A DNA stretch of 45,854 bases, from the IMG/VR virus record IMGVR_UViG_3300045988_140252; one strand, given 5' to 3'. A program made the position numbers and the translations under genes. The first letter of the stretch is position 1, and each line of letters opens with the position of its first letter. The notes beneath the pieces are model-generated. The model worked only from the letters and a program-made list of their open reading frames with translations, was not told the origin of the DNA and made no database searches. This DNA comes from a virus. Below, piece by piece: positions 35,474-44,534 of this stretch.

Positions 35474-35482
35474 TGTATCTAT

Positions 35483-38400
35483 ATGGCAACACAGGAGTAT
35501 ATCGATGATCTTATTATAGTCATTGAAACCGCGGAGGACGCGGAAAGCGTTACTAACCAAATGGTGGCGGCGGTTCTTGGCTTCTTGAACGAACACCTGA
35601 AACTGGTTTCCCAGGGTAAGGAAGTCGAGGCGGAGGAAACCGCCCGCATTGCCGCCGATGCAGCATTACAGAAGGCTATAGACGCCGTTTCTTTACGTAT
35701 CGACCGACTTGTCGGTAACAACGCTTCGCAGGCAATCGACAACTTTAACGAGATTCTTAATTTTCTGAACGGGCTTAAAGACAGTGATTCGCTTGCCGCA
35801 TTGCTGGCTGATATTAACGCCCGTATCGGCAGTGAAGACGGTTCGGAGAGTGAAGACGGTTCCCTTTGGGGAAAACTGAAAAGTTTGTCCCAGGATATAA
35901 CCAGTTGTTCCGATGACATAAGCACATTGCAGATAGACCGTGACAAAATGAAACAGGGGTTACAGGAAACGGACGGGCGTCTGTCTTCCACCTTTACCAA
36001 TGTAAACAACCTTTTGAACGCCGGTACCGTTTATAGTGATCTGTCGGGGGTATTTGCAACATTGAAAACGGCGGGAAAGATTAACAATGTACGGAAAAAC
36101 GGTGTAATCCTTTCTTTTCTTACTGCCGACGGCTGGGTGACGAAACAATTTAGAGGTAATCCGGACACGGATTTTGAAAATGTCGAAAAGTGGGAGGATT
36201 TCGGCAGCGGCGGTTCGGCCGGCGGGAATACTTATAACGTAACCGGTAACATACCACTTGCAGAAGGTTTCTATACTCTTGCTTCCGCCATTGCCGCGGT
36301 ACCGGAAAAACAACGCGGCCAGGGACGTGTTATCACCTTTGAAACATCGCTCGGTAAATGGGAGACGTGGCAATTTACCGGAACCGATCCGGCTGTCTGG
36401 GATCAGGAGGCGAGCTGGGAAGAGTTCGGCGGCAAAGGAACGGTAAAGAGTGTAACGGTAAACGGCGAGAAGCAGACGCCGGACGCGGCCGGTAATGTGA
36501 ATGTAAACGTGGATATCCTGGAAGTGGACGAAACTTTGTCCTTAGATTCCACCAATCCGGTAGAAAACAAGGTTGTAACCGCCCGTTTTAACGAGGTGGA
36601 CGCTTCCACGCTGTTCAATGTAAATGCGGAGGTAAGCGAGGATGAAACATCCGTCCGTCTGTCTTTCCAGAATAAAAGCGGTGCGGAAATTACCGCTGTA
36701 GATATCCCGGCCGGTTCCGGTGGAGGTTCCGGCGAAACGGTGGCTACTAAAATTGTATTAAATGCGGCTGTAGATAACACCATAATCAAGGAAGGCGGAA
36801 ACGCCCGTCTTACTTATACGTACGATCACCAGTACACCACGGGGGACGAAAAAGGGGAATCCACCGGGCAAAAGGCAGATATAACCGTTACGATCAGGCG
36901 TGGAACAACTACCATGTATTCCCAAACAGTCAGCGATGTTTCTAAAGGTAGTTACGAACTGGACCTTTCAAGTTACTTGCTTGTGGGAAACACGGATATT
37001 TACGTAGTGGCAACCACTACCGATCCGACTACCGGCAAGAAACAAACCCGACAGGCATTTACATCCGTAAAGGTTGTCAGCCTTTCCCTTACCAGCTCTT
37101 ATAATCTGGCCGGGGCCATAGCCGCTGGCGGTTATACGCTGGCCGATACGATTAATATTCCTTATGCCGTCAACGGTTCCGGAACAAAGGTCGTCACGCT
37201 TTATCTGAACGGCCAGCAACAGAACGCGCACACCATTACAAGATCGGGAACGACAAACGGCAGTTTCAGTTTGTCCCCTTCTTCGCTTGTAACCGGTCGG
37301 AATACCGTTCAAATGGTTGCCGAAATGGAGGCTTCCGCCGATCTTGTGTTAAAATCCGAAAGTATCTACATTGATATCCTGAAATCCGGAGGATCGGCAC
37401 CGTTCATCGGCACGATGATAAGTTTTCCGGACGGTCGTATTTTTACGGAGGATCATCTTGTTCCGCGCCTGGAAGCGGGGCAGTACGAACAGGTAAAATT
37501 TGACTTTGTGGCTTATGATCCCGCCGCGACGCCGGCCAAAGTGGACGTTTACCGGGACGGGGTGAAAACGCAGTCTGTCAGTGTGGCGCGTACTACGCAA
37601 ACATATACCAACCGTTTTACCCAGCAGGGTGAAATCAATATGAAATTTAAGACGGGAGCCACGGAATACCCGTTTTATATCGACGTGACGGAAAGCGGGA
37701 TCGACTTGCAGGAAACTACCGCCGGGCTTGTACTGAAACTTTCAGCAGCCGGGCGGAGTAACAGTGAATCCGATCCGGGAGCCTGGGATTATGGCGACAT
37801 ACATACAACGTTTGCAGGTTTCGACTGGAACAGCAACGGCTGGACGGGTGACGCCCTGAAACTTACGGGAGGCGCGAAGATTGAAATCGGGTACCAGCCG
37901 TTCTCCACAGATGCGACCACTACCGGGGCTACCTATGAAATGGAAATTCTTTGTTCATCGGTAACGGACCGGCAGGGAGTGATACTGGACTGTATGGCCG
38001 GCGATATCGGTTTCCAGATGACAACGGAGCAGGCCCTTATGCGTGTTTCCGGCGGTACGGAAGTAAGTACAAAGTTTGCAAGTGATATGAACCTGAAAAT
38101 AGCCTTTATTGTCGGGTCCAAGGCTGGCAAACGGTTGCTGGAACTTTATGTAAACGGAATCCGTTGCGGGGCTGTGCAGTATGGGTCTACCGAAGGACTA
38201 CTGCAGGCGGAACCGGTAAACATCCGTTTGTTCAGTGATACGGCGGATGTGGAGATCAGGAATTTCCGTATTTATAACCGTGCGCTTACGGATGATGAAG
38301 AATTAAATAATTACATGGTAGACCGTACTACGTCGGACGAAATGGTCCTGTTATTTGAAAAAAACGATGTTACGGGGGACAACGGTACGGATATCGACAT

Positions 38401-41400
38401 AGACAAGTTACGCGCCCAGGGAAAGGCGGTTATGCGAATTGTCGGCGATGTGAACCTTGTCAACGCCACCAATAACAAGAAATTCGAGGTACCGGTCGAT
38501 ATCTATTTTTATAGCCCGTACGGTAAGGAGTATGATTTTGTAGCAAGGAATATCGGTCTAAGAATACAGGGTACATCATCCACCACTTATCCGCGTAAGA
38601 ATTACCGTCTTTATTTCTTGCGCCTGGAAAAATACGGTACCACGCTGGAAGTTAACGGCGTGGATGTGCCGTCTCTTGAATACAGTTTCAAACCGGGAGC
38701 ACGGCCGATCAGTATATTCTGTTTGAAAGCGGACTTTTCCGATTCTTCCGGTACACATAATACCGGTGCGGTGCGTATTGTGAACGACGTTTGGAAGAAG
38801 TGCAGGTGGCTGACACCGCCGCAGGCTGCATATAAGGGGGAATATGACGTACGTATAGGCGTAGACGGTTTCCCTATGGACCTGTTTTATGACAACGACG
38901 GCACCGGTGCGAATACTTATCTGGGAAAATACAATTTCAATAATGAGAAGTCGGAAAGTGCGATTATTTACGGTTTTGAAGGAATTGAAGGATTCAACGA
39001 CGAAGCGGCCCTGAACGGGCAGCGTAACAAATGTATCTGCCTGGAGTTCTTGAATAACTCCGAGGCCCTTTGCTTGTTCGGGACTACCGATATGTCTTCT
39101 TTTGATGATGCGCTGGAATTTCGTTTCAAGGCAGATACTACCTGGGCGGATGCACACGAGGACGACAAGGCGGCAGTTACAAGGCTTTGGAACTGGATCG
39201 ATTCATGTAAGGATGATCCCGCCAAGTTCCTGGCGGAATATAACCAGTATTTCGGTAATGACAGCCCGTTTGCATGGTATCTGATTACCGATTATTTTAT
39301 GGCCGTGGATAACCGGGCAAAAAACATGATGCTGGCGACTTGGGATTCTCTGATCTGGTATTTCCTTCCTTACGATATGGACACATTGTTCGGTGTGCGT
39401 AATGATTCGGTATTGAAATACGAATATACCATTACCCACGAAAGTTTTGACGATAGTATCGGTAGTTATGCTTTTGCCGGTCATGATTCCGTTTTATGGG
39501 AACTGGTACGGTCTTGTCCGGACAAATTGCGGGAAGTGGCGGAAACCTTGCGTAGTAATATGAGCCTTGAATATGTCCTGCAAGTATTTAACGAGGAACA
39601 AATGGGTAACTGGTGCGAGCGGATTTATAACAAGGATTCGGAATATAAATATATCCTTCCGCTTACCGAGGGGGTGACAACCAGCAGCGGAACCAGTTAT
39701 TATAATTATCTGTATGCCTTGCAGGGAAGCCGTTATGCGCACCGTACTTATACCATTCAGAACCGTTTCGCCCTTTTGGATAGTCAGTATGTAGCCGGTA
39801 CTTACCGTCGTGACAGCTTTGCGGCTTATTTCGGGTACAAGTTCGGCAGCGATAACCGGAAAATTCGGATTACGGCCTCCGAACGGTACTATTACGGGTA
39901 CGGGTACACGTCCGGAACACCGCACCAAAGCGCGGTACTTGCAGAAACGACCGGTAGTGTGGTGGAACTGACAATGGACACGGATTTAATAGTAAACGAT
40001 CCGCAATATTTCTACGGTGCAAGCCGTATTCGCGGGCTTGATCTGACGGATGTAAGCCACGCCATTGTCGGCACGTTGAACCTGAACAACTGTACGGCCT
40101 TGCGTGAACTGAATGTTAGCTGTGAGGCCGGACAGATGACACTTAACGCCCTTCTGGTGGGTAATTGCCGTAACCTTCGAAAACTCGACATTTCCGGGCT
40201 TAAATCCTCTTCCTTTACCGGTATGGACCTTTCAAGCAATACCAAACTTGAAACCTTTCTGGCCGGTGATACATCCCTTACCGGTGTGACATTCGCCGGC
40301 GGTGCGCCTCTGGCCGTTTGCGTCCTTCCCGGAACTTTACAGACGCTCGAACTCCGATACCTGAGCAAACTAACCAATGCAGGGCTGCAGCTGGAAGGTA
40401 CGGCAAATATCACGCGCCTTGTGATTGATAACTGTAGCCTGATCGACTGGAACACGTTGTTACAGCAATGCAGTGCGACCAGCTATCTACGAATTACCGG
40501 TATAGATATGGACGGGAACGGTAATTTGCTTCGCAGGCTTATGACAATGGGCGGCGTTGATGAAGACGGGGGAAACGTGCAGACGTGCCGCCTGGTAGGT
40601 ACGTACCGGCTCACCCAGTCCATGTCGGATGAAGAGTACGCCGCCACTTGTGCACATTTCCCGGAACTGAATATCATTCAGCCGCAGTTTGTCGGCATAA
40701 AAATAGATCAGACGGTAGGAGACGGGGAAAAGATTACGAATCTGGATAACTCTACCGGATATGACTATAATACTGAATTTACCCCGTCTTCCCATATATT
40801 GGAAGTGTTGTCGAAAAGACGTTGTATTCTGGCTAAAAAGACGGCGGAGGGTGAAATGACCTGTTATCCGCTTCATGATGAGAACCGGAATAAATACGGG
40901 GATAGTGACAGCGTGGAGAACGCCACGGATGCAGTATTAACCGGATCGGAAGGTGAAGTTTACGTATATGAGCCTCATTACTGGTACAAGGGAGTAACGG
41001 ACGTGCTGAATCAGTGTCTTTACGGTTTTATTTCAAGCAATGAGGATGCGCCGGCAGCGGCAGGGTACACCAGTGTAAAACTTACCCGCGAAGAGCTGGA
41101 GGTAACGGAAGGGATCGGGATTCGTAAGAATACGGATTACACGACCCTTGAAGAGGCGAAGAATGAATACGAATCCGGATCGTTCGCCCTGGTGGACGTG
41201 CGGGATTACAAGCAGGTCCGTTTCCCCGGTCTGGCTTCCACTCTTTACGGGGCTGCATTTATAGATGATACGGGCAAAATAGTAAGTCGGGTAAGCGTTT
41301 CAAACGCGAACGGTTTTATTAATGGTATGTACCTGTTTTGTGCTGTTCCCGCAGGGGCTACTTTCCTGGCCTTTACTTTCCTTAATTCGGCGGCCTTCGA

Positions 41401-42271
41401 TTTCGTTTTACTCACAACGTCGGAAAGTGTGGAAGCGATCGAGCCGGACTGGGTAGAGCATACGGAATGCCTGGGCGGTGCTTATGAAGCTTACTTGATT
41501 GATGATGTATTGCGTTCTGTCAGTGGTGTTTCAAGTGTAGGAACCATTTCACAGAGCCAGGCAATCAAATACGCCCAGAACAGGGGCAAAGGTTTCCAGC
41601 TGTTCGACTGGGAGATGCACAAGGATGTGGGTAATCTGCATTTCTTTAAATACGGTAATACCGATTCGCAGGGAGTTTGCGGATATGGAACAAGTAATTA
41701 CCAAAAAGTGACGGGCCTTACAAATGCACTGGGGATGCGTGATACGGTTTCTTATTATAAGGAAAAAGGCGGTTCCAATCCACAGGCGGAAGGTGCTTAC
41801 CGGGACGGTGTAAATTATCAGTCCGTCAATGTACTGGGATATGAAAATTTCCAGGGAAATAAGGCGGAATGGTTGCAGTATGTCACGGTAAACAAGACGG
41901 CAGCGGACGGAAGGTGGTTTATTACCATGCCGGACGGAACGGAACGCGTTGTACAGGGAATTACTGTTTATAATGCGGATATTTATCCTACCCACATGGT
42001 TTGGGGCCGGTATATGGATTTGATTGCAGCCAAAGAAGGCGGTTCCACTTCTTCACATTGGTTCGACAGGTTCTATGTGGGTACCGGGCTTTCTCGTGTG
42101 GTGTATCGGTCGTACAACTACGCGTGCGCGTTGGGCGGTGTTTCGTATGCGGCCGCGAATAACGATTCATCGAGCTCGGGTGCGTACATCGGCGTTCGGC
42201 TTGCCTTCAGGGGCATAATACGCTGGGCGGGCAGCGTCGCGGCCTTTAAAGCCATAAATCAGGCTGATTAA
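35483..42271 (+). CDS. Giant tail fibre / receptor-binding protein; DGR target (LamG-like, CotH-like, LRR and C-type-lectin-fold VR domains)
   Basis: 2262 aa. N-terminal coiled coil. LamG-type signature LELYVNGIRCG...FRIYNRALTDDEEL. CotH-like motifs GLRIQGTSSTTYPRKNYRLYF and WYFLPYDMDTLFG. Leucine-rich repeats LNLNNCTALRELNVS...CRNLRKLDISG. The C-terminal domain contains the VR. Confidence 0.8.
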   Translation: MATQEYIDDLIIVIETAEDAESVTNQMVAAVLGFLNEHLKLVSQGKEVEAEETARIAADAALQKAIDAVSLRIDRLVGNNASQAIDNFNEILNFLNGLKDSDSLAALLADINARIGSEDGSESEDGSLWGKLKSLSQDITSCSDDISTLQIDRDKMKQGLQETDGRLSSTFTNVNNLLNAGTVYSDLSGVFATLKTAGKINNVRKNGVILSFLTADGWVTKQFRGNPDTDFENVEKWEDFGSGGSAGGNTYNVTGNIPLAEGFYTLASAIAAVPEKQRGQGRVITFETSLGKWETWQFTGTDPAVWDQEASWEEFGGKGTVKSVTVNGEKQTPDAAGNVNVNVDILEVDETLSLDSTNPVENKVVTARFNEVDASTLFNVNAEVSEDETSVRLSFQNKSGAEITAVDIPAGSGGGSGETVATKIVLNAAVDNTIIKEGGNARLTYTYDHQYTTGDEKGESTGQKADITVTIRRGTTTMYSQTVSDVSKGSYELDLSSYLLVGNTDIYVVATTTDPTTGKKQTRQAFTSVKVVSLSLTSSYNLAGAIAAGGYTLADTINIPYAVNGSGTKVVTLYLNGQQQNAHTITRSGTTNGSFSLSPSSLVTGRNTVQMVAEMEASADLVLKSESIYIDILKSGGSAPFIGTMISFPDGRIFTEDHLVPRLEAGQYEQVKFDFVAYDPAATPAKVDVYRDGVKTQSVSVARTTQTYTNRFTQQGEINMKFKTGATEYPFYIDVTESGIDLQETTAGLVLKLSAAGRSNSESDPGAWDYGDIHTTFAGFDWNSNGWTGDALKLTGGAKIEIGYQPFSTDATTTGATYEMEILCSSVTDRQGVILDCMAGDIGFQMTTEQALMRVSGGTEVSTKFASDMNLKIAFIVGSKAGKRLLELYVNGIRCGAVQYGSTEGLLQAEPVNIRLFSDTADVEIRNFRIYNRALTDDEELNNYMVDRTTSDEMVLLFEKNDVTGDNGTDIDIDKLRAQGKAVMRIVGDVNLVNATNNKKFEVPVDIYFYSPYGKEYDFVARNIGLRIQGTSSTTYPRKNYRLYFLRLEKYGTTLEVNGVDVPSLEYSFKPGARPISIFCLKADFSDSSGTHNTGAVRIVNDVWKKCRWLTPPQAAYKGEYDVRIGVDGFPMDLFYDNDGTGANTYLGKYNFNNEKSESAIIYGFEGIEGFNDEAALNGQRNKCICLEFLNNSEALCLFGTTDMSSFDDALEFRFKADTTWADAHEDDKAAVTRLWNWIDSCKDDPAKFLAEYNQYFGNDSPFAWYLITDYFMAVDNRAKNMMLATWDSLIWYFLPYDMDTLFGVRNDSVLKYEYTITHESFDDSIGSYAFAGHDSVLWELVRSCPDKLREVAETLRSNMSLEYVLQVFNEEQMGNWCERIYNKDSEYKYILPLTEGVTTSSGTSYYNYLYALQGSRYAHRTYTIQNRFALLDSQYVAGTYRRDSFAAYFGYKFGSDNRKIRITASERYYYGYGYTSGTPHQSAVLAETTGSVVELTMDTDLIVNDPQYFYGASRIRGLDLTDVSHAIVGTLNLNNCTALRELNVSCEAGQMTLNALLVGNCRNLRKLDISGLKSSSFTGMDLSSNTKLETFLAGDTSLTGVTFAGGAPLAVCVLPGTLQTLELRYLSKLTNAGLQLEGTANITRLVIDNCSLIDWNTLLQQCSATSYLRITGIDMDGNGNLLRRLMTMGGVDEDGGNVQTCRLVGTYRLTQSMSDEEYAATCAHFPELNIIQPQFVGIKIDQTVGDGEKITNLDNSTGYDYNTEFTPSSHILEVLSKRRCILAKKTAEGEMTCYPLHDENRNKYGDSDSVENATDAVLTGSEGEVYVYEPHYWYKGVTDVLNQCLYGFISSNEDAPAAAGYTSVKLTREELEVTEGIGIRKNTDYTTLEEAKNEYESGSFALVDVRDYKQVRFPGLASTLYGAAFIDDTGKIVSRVSVSNANGFINGMYLFCAVPAGATFLAFTFLNSAAFDFVLLTTSESVEAIEPDWVEHTECLGGAYEAYLIDDVLRSVSGVSSVGTISQSQAIKYAQNRGKGFQLFDWEMHKDVGNLHFFKYGNTDSQGVCGYGTSNYQKVTGLTNALGMRDTVSYYKEKGGSNPQAEGAYRDGVNYQSVNVLGYENFQGNKAEWLQYVTVNKTAADGRWFITMPDGTERVVQGITVYNADIYPTHMVWGRYMDLIAAKEGGSTSSHWFDRFYVGTGLSRVVYRSYNYACALGGVSYAAANNDSSSSGAYIGVRLAFRGIIRWAGSVAAFKAINQAD
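42093..42210 (+). repeat. DGR variable repeat (VR)
   Basis: 118 bp inside the last ~60 codons of the fibre ORF. It matches the TR at 102 of 118 positions, and all 16 differences fall at TR adenines. Confidence 0.9.
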
Positions 42272-42281
42272 GATAAAAAAA

Positions 42282-42298
42282 ACAACGTAAAACGTTGT
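42282..42298 (+). other. Hairpin 11 nt after the target-gene stop (DGR target-recognition hairpin and/or terminator candidate)
   Basis: ACAACGT-AAA-ACGTTGT forms a 7-bp perfect stem. It is preceded by an A8 run and has no U-tract after it. Confidence 0.4.
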
Positions 42299-42376
42299 GC
42301 GGGTAGCGCAGGCGTCCGGAAGTAAGACGGGTGCCGGTGCTTCCTGAAAGTACAAAGGCGGATTTCCTCATATACA

Positions 42377-42494
42377 CTCGTGTGGTGTATCGGTCGAACA
42401 ACAACGCGAACGCGTTAGGCGGTGTTTCGTATGCGAACGCGAATAACGATTCATCGAACACGAATGCGAACATCGGCGTTCGGCTTGCAAACAA
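42377..42494 (+). repeat. DGR template repeat (TR)
   Basis: Non-coding copy of the VR, rich in AAC/AAT when read in the VR frame (SNNNANALGGVSYANANNDSSNTNANIGVRLANN then a stop). About 32 adenines by hand count. Confidence 0.9.
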
Positions 42495-42642
42495 TTAGGA
42501 TAAAGAAAAAGCGCATAAGCCTTAAAAATTGGCGTACAACAGTGGGGACGTGTCCCCGGCGTGGAGCCAAGAGGAATGAGCCTCGCCAACAGCAGCCGTT
42601 TACGGCTGGAAAGGGGAAAAATAAAGCGCAGGGCAATGGGGT
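42377..42642 (+). ncRNA. Putative DGR template RNA (TR plus a 148-nt spacer with two hairpins)
   Basis: The TR is followed by hairpins GGGGA-CGTG-TCCCC (42544-42557) and CAGCCG-TTTA-CGGCTG (42593-42608) before the RT start. No ORF is credible here. Confidence 0.55.
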
Positions 42643-43998
42643 TTGGTAGGAAGTTTTTTCGAAGAAGCCCGGCCCGGGGAATTGAAGGCTGATTTAATTA
42701 TCATGTGGAGAGAAGATAATATTATAGAAGAGATTGTCGAGGACGCCAATATAGAGGACGCCATAAAAACGGTATTGCGCAAAAGAAGACGAAAGCGCAG
42801 CTTTGCCGGGCGTCGAATACTGGCGGATGTCCCGAAGGCGGTAGAGAGGATCAGGCAGCGGATCAGGAGCGGGCGGTTCAAGCTCGGAGGATATCGGGAA
42901 ATGACCGTAGACGACGGGCCGAAAGTAAGGATCGTACAATCGGTTTCCCTGGAGGACAGGATCGTTCTTAACGCTGTTATGAATGTGGTGGACCGGCATT
43001 TGAAAGTACGTTTTATCCGGACTACTTCCGCATCCATTAAAAACAGGGGAACGCATGACCTTTTACAGTATATCGTTAAAGATATAAAGGATGATCCCGA
43101 AGGAACCCTGTTCGGGTACCAGTTCGATATAACGAAATTCTATGAGAGCGTAGACCAGGACGTTTTGCTGGATGCAGTGAAAAGGATGTTCAAGGATAAA
43201 ATATTGATCGGAATCCTGGAAGAGTGCATCCGCATGATGCCTAAAGGCGTAAGTATCGGGCTAAGATCATCACAGGGGCTTTGTAATTTGCTTCTATCCA
43301 TTTACCTGGATCACCGGTTAAAGGATCAGGAGGCGGTAGCATATTATTACCGGTATTGTGACGATGGTCTGGTGCTTTCCGGTAGTAAGAAATACCTTTG
43401 GAAGGTTAGGGATATCATTCATGAACAGACCCGGAAAGCCCGCCTGGAGATTAAAAGCAATGATACCGTTTTCCCGATCACCGAAGGTATCGACTTTCTG
43501 GGATATGTAACCCGCCCGGATCATGTACGGTTAAGGAAGCGTAACAAACAGAAGTTCGCCCGCAAGATGCACAAGATTAAAAGCAAGAAACGCAGGCAGG
43601 AGTTAACCGCCTCATTTTACGGGCTTACAAAACATGCCGATTGCAAGAACTTATTTTATAAACTAACAGGAAAGAAAATGAAAAAATTAAAAGATCTGGG
43701 CTACAAGTACAAGCCTAAAGACGGACGGAAACGATTTACCGGGGCAAGGATCAAGTCGCCCGAACTGATGAACAAGGATGTGATCGTACTTGATTATGAA
43801 AAGGACGTTCCGACGAAAAACGGAAACCGGACTGTTATAAAGCTGGAACTCGACGGCAAGGAGAGAAAGTATTTTACCAGCCTGGAGGAAACCCTTTTCA
43901 TTTGTGAATCAGCGGCAAGAGACGGAGAACTGCCTTTTGAAGCACATTGCGAAGGTGAAGTAAGTGAAAAAGGATTGATAATTATACATTTTACTTGA
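42643..43998 (+). CDS. DGR-type reverse transcriptase with a C-terminal extension
   Basis: 451 aa. RT motifs LEDRIVLNAV and SIKNRGTHD; the DGR-typical IGLRSSQGLCNLL; catalytic YRYCDDGLVL. About 115 aa lie beyond the thumb region. The alternative start is the ATG at 42703. Confidence 0.85.
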   Translation: MVGSFFEEARPGELKADLIIMWREDNIIEEIVEDANIEDAIKTVLRKRRRKRSFAGRRILADVPKAVERIRQRIRSGRFKLGGYREMTVDDGPKVRIVQSVSLEDRIVLNAVMNVVDRHLKVRFIRTTSASIKNRGTHDLLQYIVKDIKDDPEGTLFGYQFDITKFYESVDQDVLLDAVKRMFKDKILIGILEECIRMMPKGVSIGLRSSQGLCNLLLSIYLDHRLKDQEAVAYYYRYCDDGLVLSGSKKYLWKVRDIIHEQTRKARLEIKSNDTVFPITEGIDFLGYVTRPDHVRLRKRNKQKFARKMHKIKSKKRRQELTASFYGLTKHADCKNLFYKLTGKKMKKLKDLGYKYKPKDGRKRFTGARIKSPELMNKDVIVLDYEKDVPTKNGNRTVIKLELDGKERKYFTSLEETLFICESAARDGELPFEAHCEGEVSEKGLIIIHFT

Positions 43999-43999
43999 A

Positions 44000-44494
44000 A
44001 TGATACGGATTTATGCAGACAGCAAGGCGGAACCGGTAAGATGCACCAACCGCCGCCGGGGAATCTGGCGTATTACGTGGGATTACCAGGAAACAGAGAC
44101 ACCCGAAGGAGTGCAACGTAGTTACATGGAAGAGACGTTCGATCATCTACCCGCACTGGCAGAAATCAAGGCGGTTATTAATGAATGGTATAACCGGAAG
44201 ATAACCGACACGATCGAAAGCGGGTACGTATGGAACGGCCTGAAAGTCTGGCTTTCCATGGAGAACCAGATGAATTATAAGACGGCGTACGATCTTGCCT
44301 TGCAGACAGGCGGGGAAAACCTTCCTGTTACTTTCAAGCTCGGGGAAGAAGACAACCCGACGTTTTACGAGTTTGCAAGTATGCAGCAACTACAAGAGTT
44401 TTACACCGGTGCCGTGAAACATATACAGGAGACACAAAAGGAAGGCTGGGAACTTAAAAAGGCGATAGACTGGAGTGTTTATACGTTGGAGTAG
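44000..44494 (+). CDS. Hypothetical protein, DUF4376-like (phage fibre-associated family) by pattern
   Basis: 164 aa. The pattern YVWNGLKVWLSMENQMNYKTAYDLAL...PVTFKLGEEDNPTFYEFASMQQLQEFYTGAVKHIQ resembles DUF4376-type proteins. It is not helical-bundle Avd-like. Confidence 0.35.
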   Translation: MIRIYADSKAEPVRCTNRRRGIWRITWDYQETETPEGVQRSYMEETFDHLPALAEIKAVINEWYNRKITDTIESGYVWNGLKVWLSMENQMNYKTAYDLALQTGGENLPVTFKLGEEDNPTFYEFASMQQLQEFYTGAVKHIQETQKEGWELKKAIDWSVYTLE

Positions 44495-44513
44495 AAAAGC
44501 GAAAGGGGGAAGC

Positions 44514-44529
44514 GGGAAACACGTTTCCC
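44514..44529. terminator. Bidirectional hairpin between convergent genes
   Basis: GGGAAA-CACG-TTTCCC lies between the stop at 44494 (+) and the integrase stop at 44535 (-). Confidence 0.45.
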
Positions 44530-44534
44530 CTGAT

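Noticed and set aside
42377-42494. The TR as a second, decayed variable region or pseudogene fragment of the fibre.
   Set aside because: It retains adenines at every position where the VR differs, so the directionality fits template to variable. It has no upstream ORF, runs into an in-frame stop, and sits immediately upstream of the RT.
42024-42649. Two similar small ORFs (42024-42218 and 42422-42649, both containing ...FRMR.RITIHR.R.RTSAFGL...) that could be taken for a duplicated small gene.
   Set aside because: The similarity is an out-of-frame translation of the VR and TR copies. The first lies inside the fibre gene and the second covers the non-coding TR.
44000-44494. Considered as the DGR accessory protein Avd because it directly follows the RT.
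   Set aside because: It is 164 aa and its sequence pattern looks like a DUF4376-type phage fibre-associated protein, not a ~120-aa basic four-helix-bundle Avd. This remains unverified without a profile search.
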